NCBI RefSeq assembly: GCF_001194135.2 | Contig: NC_068982.1 | Span: 127,173,308 to 127,237,307 of the forward strand | Reading direction: 5' to 3' | Source: Octopus bimaculoides | Lineage: Eukaryota | Length of the DNA stretch: 64,000 bases | In this document: positions 1 through 11,552 of the stretch, in pieces | How positions within the stretch are numbered: the first letter of the stretch is position 1 | Layout: every line of letters begins with the position of its first letter | Notes under the pieces: model-generated | What the model was told of the DNA's origin: nothing | The model's database searches: none | Seen by the model: the letters and a program-made list of their open reading frames with translations, nothing else | Program-made: the position numbers and the translations under genes

Positions 1-333
1 AAAGGATGAAAGGCAAAGTCGACCTCGACGGAATTTGAACTCAGAACATAAAGACAGACGAAATACCACTAAGCATTTTGCCTGGCGTGCTAACGTTTCT
101 TATTTCTTTACTGCCCATAAGGGGCTACACACAGAGGGGACAAACAAGGACAGACAAACGGATTAAGTCGATTATATCGACCCCAGTGCGTAACTGGAAC
201 TTATTTAATCGACCCCGAAAGGATGAAAGGCAAAGTCGACCTCGGTGGAATTTGAACTCAGAACGTAGCGGCAGACGAAACACCGCTAAGCATTTCGTCC
301 GGCGTGCTAACGTTTCTGGCAGCTTGCCGCCTT
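1..333 (-). mobile_element. Two adjacent SINE family A copies
   Basis: Both contain the family A core GGATGAAAGGCAAAGTCGACCTC...GGAATTTGAACTCAGAAC...GAAATACC.CTAAGCATTT. The second copy has a GGGGACAAACAAGGACAGACAAACGG tail variant. Confidence 0.85.
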
Positions 334-1884
334 AACAATAATATATCCTGTGAAGTTGTTACTATCATTGATGCTAATTAACTCGAAGTAAGCCCTAATC
401 CAGGAAACTTAGGTTCTAATACGTTCCAGTTATGACAACTTCGTCTTTTTTTGTTTTTTTACTTCGGGCTGTATCTTGTCTACATCATCCAGTGACTTTT
501 GTCCTCTCAAAATATGGGCTTTCTTAAAGAGATATCATTGTTATTTGAAGCAAAGCTCTTTTGTTGGCCGGAGTTATCCTTGTGAAAGTGGCCGTGTAAA
601 GAAGGGAAAGTGAAGTGATATTGAAGTGTAATTAATATATGCGTAGTATCTGATGCTATGTCAGCAAAATAAAACAACATCCATAAAAAGCTCTGTTTGG
701 CAATGCGTCATTATCATTGTTGTTCAAACCAAAAGAGAAGCACAATCGTCTGGCCTGCTAGAAATGACAGCTGAATCCCTCTCATTCACATCGTCGGTTT
801 CCTATTTTCGTTTTCTTCTTTCAAGGGCATATAAGTTACTATAATCTCGAGACATTATCTCCGAAAAAGATAGACACGAAATCAACTGAAATACTTTTAA
901 TCAGATTTGTTTTGGGCTTCTGTAACGACTACAATTACATCACAGTTGTTGAAATTAATCAGCCAGGAAATGTCCCGGCAGCATGTATTATTACTACAAA
1001 TAAATGCTTTACAAAATACTCGGCAACTAATTCTATAACTGAAACATAAAACATCAAAGAGACAATACGTATGTGTGTTTATATAGATTCTTTTAATATT
1101 TTGTTCCTTCTTAGCTCGCTGATGAGTGCAGTCGATCACGAAACCTTTTGGCTAGCTTTTGAAATCCTATTTATTTTACTCATTACAAGTACACAACAGA
1201 CTCTATATAAATTTAACACAGGGAACTGTTGCACACGGGTGTGTTTTGCACCAAAACAAACCAGACTATGTGTAGACATACACATTCTCATAAGGCACAC
1301 CCATATATACACATATATAAGTAGACAGAAGAAAACAACATACAGTTTAATACTGAAAATGTGGTAACTTTTGATAAGTAAATTTACCAAAAGAGATTTA
1401 CGAAAATGTAAATCTTTTTGCTACCAGCCTTCAAACACACTGCAGGGGAATTACCGTTACTGCGGGATCTCTAGGTCAATTTAGGTAATGATGCATCATT
1501 TCATGCAACCGTTACTAAAATGTCAACTAGTGATGTACAGAAGGCTGGCGGTATGGATTTTAAGATCATTCAGAACTAGCAAGCACAAAATCCTGCTGGT
1601 TCTATGAAGACATTTGTCCCTAGCCGTCTCCACCATTGCTTACAATTATAGTCGTAACACAGAGAGGTAGTCCATAATTACCACACAAAGTTAATTACTT
1701 CAGAGTAACTGGTAAGCTATTGGTCGAGGCTGAAAGAGCTAAGTCTTTACTCCTTGGAGTAAAACCGGGAAATATATGCATTGATATATGTATAAAAGAC
1801 CATGAAAGGGCATGTACCAACCTTCGATATTGTGAGCAATAAATATGCAAATCACAGAAAGCGCTGAACGGAAAATACACATTT

Positions 1885-2400
1885 TTATTAAGAGCCGTGT
1901 TTCTCTGTCCATCTACCCGCCTGTTTGTCTGGGAAATAGAACAATTTATATTATGACGTCATTTCAATCATGATGTTATTTTCAATGCCGATCATTCAAG
2001 GATATTTTTTCCTTTTGCTTCATATTTTGTTTGGATATTTTGATACATTTCTAATATGACGTCATAATTTGCTGATTTCCCTTACAAGCATGCAGCCAAT
2101 GATTTTTAAGAAACATATCTGATGAATCGAAAAAAAAAAAACAACAACGAATTTATTTCAATTTATGCGTTGAATTCCAATGTACATTCGAAACGAAAAT
2201 GATGTTTGTATTTTATTTTAATCAAAGAAAATGGTTCGCAGATATGGCAGCAGACTTTTATGAAAGGAAAAGGACAAAAACGGTAAGATAGGGAGAAAAA
2301 AGAAGAAAGGTAATAAAAAATGTGACAGTTTTACTGAAGCTTCGGTGAGTAAAACGGTTGATTCTGCTGTAAACCTCTTTTGATTTATTGAATGCAGTTG
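1885..2400 (-). mobile_element. Non-autonomous Helitron/Helentron-like repeat, copy 2
   Basis: The reverse complement contains GCAGAATCAACCGTTTTACTC and ends ACAGAGAAACACGGCTCTTAATAAAAAT, matching the 7430-7890 copy. Confidence 0.4.
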
Positions 2401-3539
2401 CTAACTATTTAATTTTGAGATGGGTAAACTATGTTACAAAACCTTCTTTCATTAAAACAATCAATTCTGTTGGTTGCAATGTAAATATATTTTCCACTCA
2501 CATCTTCGTAAAAATTGTGAAATTCACGCCATAGAAACCGGGAAACCGGGCCCATCAGCCTGGCTAGGCTTTAAAAGGGACGAAAAGAAGAAGAACTATG
2601 ACAAAACTCGAACCCGTAGCCACAAAATATAATGATTTATCGCTTAGACACACTCCTTAAAAATCCAATATGTTTACAGGCATTTAAATAGCTATGCAGC
2701 AAAAATGTTTCTTCGTTTATCAAATGAGACGAAATAATAAAACAACCGTTATTCATAATTCTCAATAAATAGCACAACACACACACAAACGTATATATAT
2801 ATATATATAAAGTTTCTAACCGGATGTTCTTCATATCATTATATATCTTCTGACGTAATATTTTAATCGCTCCGCTGATTAATCTTTGACACACGCTATG
2901 AAGAAAAACAAAAAGATTATGTCATAAAGAAAAACATAAAAAACATAACTCTACTTAAATTTTGGTGCGTCACTATTCCGTGAACATTTTGTTGCTTATC
3001 TAGAAATAGGATGGCGAATTTTTTACTTGGTGAGAATCACATAAAAAAAACGTTAAATAGAGAAAATTATGTATTTTCTCGGCCAAGGTGGCGATAAAAA
3101 AACAATTATTGAGTTTGATCTTGGTTCAAATGATATCATAATATATTAAAAATATTTCATCCAAAAGTAGTTGTTTTTTTTTAACCATAGACCAATTAGT
3201 CCCGATTGAGTGGGCCTGAGAAAAAAGGTCTCTATCTGGGGACATCTCGTATTGTCTTTTTATTATAACTGTAGGGCATGATTTGAAATAGTTTTGGCTC
3301 TTTTTTATAACCAGCAGGATTTCAGTTTTGTTTTGTCCTATGGAAGTTGTTTAGTCGAAACCAGATTTAACCGATCATACTTGTAATCAAACCCGTTACA
3401 TCAATAACAATCCTATCATTTTGTACAATATTATACGGTCTAACTAGCAGCATTTTAAGAAGCAAGATACGAATTCATGGCTATTTTGCTGCTATTTCTA
3501 GCATGGGAACGCTAATACATTTTTCTAAAAATCTTCGAC

Positions 3540-3720
3540 CAGTCTTCTACTATAGGCACAGGGTGACTAAAGCCTTGTGAGTGAATGGAAACAGAAAGAA
3601 GCCCGTCGTATATATGTGTGTGCATGAGTGTGCATCCGTACCCACTCTCTTGACAACCGGTATAGGTTTGTTTACGTAAACTTAGCGGTTTATCTGTAGA
3701 AAATCATAGAATGGGTAACA
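3540..3720 (+). mobile_element. Degenerate SINE family B body (another family B head at 4050-4129 runs into a gap)
   Basis: GTCTTCTACTATAGG...AAAGCCTTGTGAGTG...GGAAACAGAAAGAAGCCCGTCGTATA...CTTGACAACCGG. Confidence 0.7.
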
Positions 3721-3725
3721 GACTT

Positions 3726-3915
3726 AATAATAATTCTTTCTACTATAGGCACAAGGCCTGAAATTTGGGGGGAGGGGACTAGTCGATTACATCGACCCCG
3801 AAAGGATGAAAGACAAATCGACCCCGGCGGAATTTGAACTCAGAATGTAACGGCTGACGAAATACCGCTAAGCATTTCGCCCTGGGTGCTAACGATTCTG
3901 CCAGCTCGCCGCCTT
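3726..3915 (-). mobile_element. SINE family A copy with internal deletion
   Basis: Head GGCGGCGAGCTGGCAGAATCGTTAGCAC and B-box-like GAGTTCAAATTCC on the minus strand. The segment between the two TCGACCCC motifs is missing. Confidence 0.85.
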
Positions 3916-4579
3916 GATAACAATAATAATAAGTATTGTGGTCGTTTGTTCGACTAAACTCAATCCAGGCGGTGCCCTGGTATGGCCCAGTCCGATGACC
4001 AGAGCAAGTAAAAGAAGAAAAATCTTTTGTCATAAAAGGACTGATAGGTGTAAGAGTGGCTGTATGGTAAGTAGCTTGCTTATCCACCACATGGTTCCGG
4101 GTTCAGTCCTACTGCGTGGCACTTTGGGCNNNNNNNNNNNNNNNNNNNNNNNNNNNNNNNNNNNNNNNNNNNNNNNNNNNNNNNNNNNNNNNNNNNNNNN
4201 NNNNNNNNNNNNNNNNNNNNNNNNNNNNNNNNNNNNNNNNNNNNNNNNNNNNNNNNNNNNNNNNNNNNNNNNNNNNNNNNNNNNNNNNNNNNNNNNNNNN
4301 NNNNNNNNNNNNNNNNNCCCCCCGGGACCTAAATGTAATAATTTCTTACATTGCTCCTCAATCAGAAATTCGTAAGGGAAACAACATGGCTTATTTTATC
4401 GATCTCAATACATGGCTGATTCATATTTTATTGATCTGATAGGGGGTGAAAGGAAAAATTAATTCCAAAAGAATTTAAACTCGAAAAGTAGGACAAAACC
4501 TAATAATTTATAGCTCTCTACAGTTTTAACATTCCATTGTTTCTTGAATAAATTGAAGTAACATGACTAGTTTTTAACC

Positions 4580-5082
4580 CAATGGCTCCCAACTTGTGGT
4601 CCGCGGATTCTTAGTGGCTTGCGTTGGTAGAACTGAAGAACGGTCAGCTAAGTTCAAAATATCACGAGACTGCAATGCAAAAATGCATAATTACTCACAA
4701 TGAGGTTGATAATTATAAACTTTCAAACTCTCCTGAATCTGCAGAAAAAGCTTCTTTCTTTTTTTCTTTTTCTTTTTTCTTTTTAGTTGCTTTTAAAAAC
4801 AGGATCTAATCTTTATAAATATATTTGCTATTGCTCCTGAAATCTGGAAAATAATGTCAACAAAGCGGCTCCATCAGTCTCATTCAACAAGAACTGGTTG
4901 TTTTTCGCTTTTGATTAACACTACTATTTATTTAGTAGTCAAGATGAAATTGAGAAAAAGAATTTGAGGTTCGTTGCTAAAACCGATTTGTTAAATAGAA
5001 AAACATTTCAGAAGCCTGGGTCCGTGAGAAAAAAAAATATAAATCAAAGGGTTCCTTGTAAAGGAAAAGTTGGGAATCATTG
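4580..5082. mobile_element. Older hAT-type MITE
   Basis: Imperfect TIR CAATGGCTCCCAACTT / AAGTTGGGAATCATTG (14/16). It shares the subterminal TGTGGTCCGCGGA and GGGTCCG motifs with the 14066 element. No intact TSD. Confidence 0.65.
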
Positions 5083-5499
5083 ACTTAGAATAAGAGCAAG
5101 GCTCGAAATATTAGCTTCTTCATATCCTGTAGCAGCAGAATTTATTGAATTCTTCTATGGATTAACTGTTACCAACATAGACCTCAGATTTTCTCAGATT
5201 TTGGAGTTTACCCTAAAGTTATACAAAACCAGCTTGACAAGATTTAATGTCGCATCGGAAAAGGGCAGAGATAAATACTGAAATGCTTTTGATCTGGTGC
5301 CCTATTTTTTTACCTTTTCATATTTACAATTCCACTGCATTCGAGTTGCAACATAATGCTAAACTACAGTGTGTACAGAGAGAGATCTGACCGGGATCTC
5401 GCAGGGAAAACAGTAGGCTGCTTCTTGGTTCAAATACCTTCCTTACTGCATTAAAAAGATGTAAACAAAAGGTTTATAAGTAGATGGAAAGTTGTACCA

Positions 5500-6446
5500 T
5501 AGCTACACAACCAACTACTGCACTATTGAACTTGACGCGTGACGTCACCTAGTTATATGCGCGCGCGCGCGTGGTGTGTGCAACGCTGGTAGAGGCCGCT
5601 GCATCAAGGTCCCAGCCTCAGGAGTGTTTGTACGGTCCATCACAATCCACAGGAGTGTTTCTACCCCAGTCTTTTACTGCACGAGGTCAGAGGACCAACG
5701 TGTTTCTATGACTTGAAAATCTTTGATGGTGAGGTATGTAGAACATTCCAGGAGGCCTGCTTCAAGCACGGGATGCTAGAAAATGCGGCACAGTGTCATG
5801 CAACACTGGCAGAGGCCACTGCACCAAAGTTCTCCAAACGTCTCAGGACATTGTTTGCAATGATATTGCAAATATGCATGTTATGTGATCCCAGTTCCTT
5901 GTGGTTCAAGTACAGGGATGTGAAAAGGGAAAAGACGTCTTCATACCGAGGATTCTCCTTATTCCGTCGGGACGGAAATTCCCTTTACTTTCAGGCGGTT
6001 GCAATTTCCTGTTCGTGTAAGTTTTGCGATGTCGAGCAACAAATCCCAGGAGCAAACACTCACTGTGTCAGGACTTCACCAAGAGGACTCGTTAGCAGCG
6101 CTGCCGAAGTTGGTAAGTTTGTACAGTTTTGTATGTTTTTACCGAAAAATTGACTGTATCGAACGTTTAAGAGATTTTAAATTTCAATATTCTTTCTTTT
6201 TTATATGTATTTTCATCAATTTCAAGTCATTATACACCCTTGCATTTCAAAATTTTAAAGAAAAACCGGTATTTTTCTCTATTTTTGCGGTTGTGACATA
6301 TTTAAAAAATATTTTGTATGATCTTGTGAATTTTGGTACGTTTAGGCATGAAATTCTGTAGGTTTTTCAAAAAAGCTTCGGCAGCGCTGGTCATTAGACT
6401 AAAAATAAGCGTTCACATCCTGAGCAACGCCGAGTACCTCTGCTAG
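5500..6446 (+). mobile_element. Internally deleted Helitron (Rep-helicase remnant)
   Basis: Frame of ORF 5713 extended upstream reads VHHNPQECFYPSLLLHEVRGPTCFYDLKIFDGEVCRTFQEACFKHGMLE...LAEA...RLRTLFAMIL..C...PSSLW.KYRD, a RepHel segment. It is joined to the PIF1-type helicase C-terminus QFPVRVSFAMSSNKSQEQTL (ORF 5999). The Helitron-type 3' end is GAGCAACGCCGAGTACCTCTG-CTAG (CTAG at 6443-6446) followed by T. The 5' end is uncertain. Confidence 0.85.
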
Positions 6447-7429
6447 TATAATATAAAGCTACAGGTATTTATTTATCATACATTCTATCTAGTATTATAA
6501 ACAGAGGCTTGGTATCCATTTGGTATCCATTCTTGGTATCTATCCGTATGTGATCAACCTTCAAGACAAGAAGAACGTCATATGGAGGGAGTGTCGCTCA
6601 CCCACTTCTTATTATGACGTCCATCTTTTTTCTCAGGGGCATTAAGCAATGCAGATATAATAGATATAGTGGGAATCAAAATCAACTTGCATATTTTGTC
6701 ACGTTGGAGCTTACTTTCTTATTTCAACTCTCTTAGTTCAAATCCCACAATGGTCAATTTTGCCTAAGCAGGTACTTTAAAAATGTTTTATTTCATATAT
6801 ATGAATAAGGATAAGATCGATATATAAAGATATCGATTTCATCAAGTGGCCAGCATTGGAATAAAAACCATCAAAGGTAACAATTATTTAAAATTATAAT
6901 ATAAGGTATCTAAGAGATACCGCCACGCTGAAAATAGCAGTCAAATCTTGACTCTAAACCATAATAAATATTCATATAGCACCAAGAGCGAAGACGAAGA
7001 GACAAAATAAACTAGCAAAAATTACTGGATAATTTCAGATCCCGGATTTTGCAAACTCATTGTACAATAGTTACATTTACATTCACTTCTCGTTCATAGT
7101 CAAGATCTTGTTTTTATTATTGCGATGTGTCCCTCTGGCTGATTTAAAATAGACTTGGCCGCTATTTCTAGTAGGTCAAGTGACCACACAAAAGCTCTTA
7201 CATCTGTGAATACGTATATGTAGGTCAGTAATATTTGTGACAGACGATGAATGTCAAAAGGATTTTTATTTTTTTATTTTTCATAGTAATTCTGTCCACA
7301 TTTCAGTGAAATAGCTTAATGGAAACTTCCGATACACAGAAGAAAAAAAATGGTCATTGATACGTTTCACTAAACTATTTTCTCACAATAAGAAATGATT
7401 TTGCTTTCTTTTTTTAATGTCACAAATAA

Positions 7430-7890
7430 CAGAACTGACCGTTTTACTGGTTGAAGATTTTTGTAAAATATGTAGTTTCAAGTAGTAGAAGGAGCAGAAT
7501 TTTATATATCAAAATAGATTTACTGCAGAATTAACCGTTTTACTGAGTGAAAGTTTAGTAAATCTATTTTAGTAAATTACCTTCCCTTTTCTCCTCTCAG
7601 TCTCCCCCCGTGTTATCTTTTTCCTTTCCTCACACAGTCTATTGTATCTGAGAGTGAAATATTCATAGTTATTGATTTCTCTGTGCCATGCGAAGTAAAA
7701 ATAAAGTTATATATATATATATATATATATATATTCTTTTTTTCTTACGTTGCAGAGGTTAATTCAATGAATAAATTCCCTGTTTCTTTTAATTCGTTTC
7801 TCCAAATAAATTAGTTGATCTGAGGAAAGCGCGTGACGGACGGGCTGATGTAGACAGGCAAACAGAGAACACGGCTTTTATCATATAGAT
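7430..7890 (+). mobile_element. Non-autonomous Helitron/Helentron-like repeat, copy 1
   Basis: Internal repeated unit (GCAGAAT/AC)TxACCGTTTTACTG and a 3' end GACGGACGGG...GACAGGCAAACAGAGAACACGGCTTTTATCATATAGAT. Both segments recur inverted at 1885-2400. The family class is inferred from the GACA-rich tail. Confidence 0.4.
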
Positions 7891-9264
7891 TACATCACTA
7901 TGGACCTAGATTTGAATATTATGGATTTACAAGTTCAATATCCATTTCTTTTGAGAATGGTGAAACTGAAAGAAACAATGTAGTATCGGGTTTTTTACTG
8001 GAGTTTTACTATATTTTATTTAGTCTTTCTAGGCTCTAGGTTCAAATCCAACTGCTTTCTAATTTGTATTTGAGCCAGAGGTTCTGATGAATAGGTGTAC
8101 CAGTAATATTTGTATGTCGATACAGTCATCAATATAGGATTGGCTTTAGCTATGATGAAGACATCAATACTAAAAGGTTGTCTGTTATTCAGGAGGATAA
8201 TTGGATGTGTTGCTTGATATTAATTTCTTTCTCAGGGGTTCTATCTGCATAGTATGTAAACGCAGTATAGCTGAATGATTACGAAGTTTGCTTCGCAACC
8301 ACGAGATTCTAGATTCGATCCCATTGCATGGCATCTTGGGAAAACGACATTTTCTATAGCCTGCAGTCGATCTATATATACATTGAAAGAAAAATTGAGT
8401 AGTCGGAAACTGTACAGTGGTCCGTCTAATGGATTGTACTTGTAATACAAAGATGCAGCCTTTTAACATAGTGCGTCACGCTGATTCTACCTGACGATTA
8501 TGTCAAGGTACACATGTTTGTAGACAACTCTGTTCATAACACGTTAACTCAAGAGTAGGAAATTCAGTCAACCAAACTATTGAATACCCAACGTCAGAAG
8601 CGACTGGGAGCCATCCATCGGCGTAACTGAAATATTGCTGGCCGCCCAGAGTTATGTCTGTAACTTAAATTTTGTATTTGTTCGTGTATACATTCCTTTT
8701 ATTATTTTTCTCAATTTCATTCGCTGGACTACGACCATACCGAAGCATTGTCTTCAAAGATTTTAGTTGATCATATCGACAGCAGCAATTTCTAATCGCT
8801 AAGTTACTTCCTTTGACACTACAATGGTTAACGTTGATATAAAGAAACATATACATACGTTTTAGGTTTTTGGATTGAACACATGCACATAATCACATAA
8901 TATATGTAACACATACACACACATACGCATACCCACGCACGCACATATGCTCACACATAAGCAGTAAGGAAGTGTACACACTTAACATGCACACCCACAG
9001 CATGAGTGTAAGTTTATCCACAGATCTCGAGTTATCTTGACGTAACACGAGTCGTTTCTTTGTTGGTGACGGAATTCAATTTTGAAAAGAACGAATAGAA
9101 AAAAGCTTAAATGAATCTCGATGTCAAAAACATAGTAATGTGTGTGCGAGTGAATGTGTGAGTGGCGTGTGCATATGTGCAGAAGTATACGTTGAATTTG
9201 ATCTTTTACTCAGTATTTTCCTTAGTCCGTAAATGTTTGAAAGAATTAGGATGTACTGGTAAAT

Positions 9265-9268
<4 letters not shown>

Positions 9269-9318
<50 letters not shown>
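9269..9318. repeat. (TG)n microsatellite (a (CA)n follows at 9461-9510)
   Basis: Direct reading. Confidence 0.95.
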
Positions 9319-9323
<5 letters not shown>

Positions 9324-9456
9324 GTGTCTTTAACGCCTTATTATTCAGTGGTTAAGTTCAATAGTTTTGTAAATTTCACATGAGTTTTGTCTGTGTAATA
9401 ATTTTGTCGTCTTTGATATTTGAAAGAGATGTTCACAATCGACGTATGTACAAATA

Positions 9457-9513
<57 letters not shown>

Positions 9514-9930
9514 ATATATATGTGTGCATGTGCGTATATATGTATATATATTTACACATAATTCATGCATGCATCCAAGCACACACACATATGCCTATGC
9601 ATGTGTGTATATAGGGAGGTATGTGTATATGTATGATACGTATTTCTGCATAGTTTCGAACATAGAATCGAAACTCGGTCGTGGCACCATACGCAATTAA
9701 AATTACTAATGAAACCATAAGTCGAGGCTGCAAACCAAACTCTGACTAAAGTGAGACTATGGCATAGCTTTGATCAGGTTGAAGTAAATTCGCTTCAGTT
9801 GTAACCTTAATGTCCTTGAAAAAAAGGAATAACATTCTTTCTTTCTTCTACTCTAAACGTGTGTAGACTACTAAGCCCTTATTGGAATCTTTTTTTCGTG
9901 TATCTTAAGTCCTGGTTAACTTACAGTACT

Positions 9931-10319
9931 GTGGAGGCGCAATGGCCCAGTGGTTAGGGCAGCGGACTCGCGGTCATAGGATCGCGGTTTCGATTCCCAG
10001 ATCGGGCGTTGTGAGTGTTTATTGAGCGAAAACACCTTAAGTTCCACGAGGCTCCGGCAGGGGATGGTGGCGAACCCTGCTGTACTCTTTCACCACAACT
10101 TTCTCTCACTCTTACTTCCTGTTTCTGTTGTGCCTGTAATTCAAATGGTCAGCCTTGTCACACTGTGTCACGCTGAATATCCCCGAGAACTACGTTAAGG
10201 GTTCACGTGTCTGCGGAGTGCTCAGCCACTTGCATGTTAATTTCACGAGCAGGCTGTTCCGTTGATCGGATCAACTGGAACCCTCGACGTCGTAAGCGAC
10301 GGAGTGCCAACAACAACAA
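9931..10319 (+). mobile_element. tRNA-derived SINE, family C (young, full length, (CAA)n tail)
   Basis: A-box-like TGGCCCAGTGG and B-box-like GGTTTCGATTCC, with a CAA tail. TSD AACTTACAGTACT (9918-9930) / AACGTACAGTACT (10320-10332). Near-identical to copies at 24193 and 52311. Confidence 0.92.
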
Positions 10320-10991
10320 AACGTACAGTACTAATACTCTTCCAAAATGCAGGAACGTGAATATATCTTTCTTTCTTCTCATAAAATTAGAGCTTTGTGC
10401 TTAGTCAAGAGAAACTAATGCTGAAACAGTATGAAAACTTGTGAAACAAATAAGAAAATTCTGTGGCGACTCGATTTGATTTCAAAAGGCACTAATTGTG
10501 ACACATAACCGATTTCAATATCTTCTATAAGAAACTGTATGTATTTCTACCGGTCTTTTAAGTTTGTTGTCGGTTAGCTTATGATTAAACGATGAATGCA
10601 TTCATATATTTTCGAGCAAAATGGAAAATATAAACTTATTCGGAGAATATAATGAAGGCTTTGTTTTGCAGATGAAGTCTAATTGTCCGAAACGTGCAAA
10701 CACAAACCAGGTTCCTCCACTACGCGTGAAAATTAATTTTCTGTGATATTAACCCTTATTTTCTTAAAAATGATCTTCCCCTTTCTTTCAGAATCGTCAA
10801 TAATTGAAAAGGCTTCTTTTGTTGCTGTTTTTTTTTATTATTATTGCAACTGAAACCATTGTGTATTTTTGAGCACACCATTCTGTACATCGCCAACAAT
10901 CTGAATTATCTCATACATAACATTTCAATTCAAAAAGTTTTATGTTTATGTGCGTGCACGTGTATATGTAAATGCATATATGCCTATGTAT

Positions 10992-10996
<5 letters not shown>

Positions 10997-11080
<84 letters not shown>

Positions 11081-11086
11081 CGCGCG
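10997..11086. repeat. (TG)38(CG)7 alternating purine-pyrimidine tract
   Basis: Counted directly from the sequence. Confidence 0.95.
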
Positions 11087-11282
11087 AATATATGTATATG
11101 AGAAGTTGTTGGCTTGGGATAGCTCAGCCTGAGTGACCCTCGCTGTAATTATTACATCAGAAGATCTGCTAGCTAGGAAACATATGTAACCTGGAGTTTA
11201 CCTGTTCCACTCCTTCAGTTTGGATTTTTATTCGCATTCATAGCAACTCTAGTTGCTAACCGTGAGCTATACAAATGTGGTA

Positions 11283-11552
11283 TGACGTCAGCGACTGGGG
11301 AGCTGACCGCTGACCGGAACCGGGAGCTTACCGGAACTGGGAGCTGACCGGAAGGGGGAGAGGAGCAGAGGGAGCCACGATTGGGATTTCTTGCCTTTTT
11401 CGAGCGGGGTCGTTGCGACGCGAAGACGTGCGAGGCGATCGTCCAGGTGAGGGAGAGGCAGCTGCTATTTCTAGCGTTCTTCGGGTCGGACCATGTGCGA
11501 GGACAGGATACCACAGGACAGGCTCGTGCGGCGGAAGGAAGACGAGGTAAGC
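11283..11552 (+). promoter_or_regulatory. Candidate CpG-rich promoter and non-coding first exon
   Basis: GC/CpG-rich island in AT-rich DNA with TGACGTCA (11283-11290), three CCGGAA (11314, 11331, 11348) and a strong donor GAG|GTAAGC (GT at 11547). Confidence 0.4.

Noticed and set aside
9934-10010. tRNA gene call for SINE heads (also 52620-52698, 62320-62392, 56460-56536)
   Set aside because: A/B boxes are present, but the acceptor stems do not pair and each head continues into a repeated SINE body with a tail and, in family C, TSDs.
11144-11290. LTR (TG...CA) plus primer-binding site
   Set aside because: No second LTR copy in the window, and TGGTATGACG is not a clean match to a tRNA 3' end at the proper spacing.
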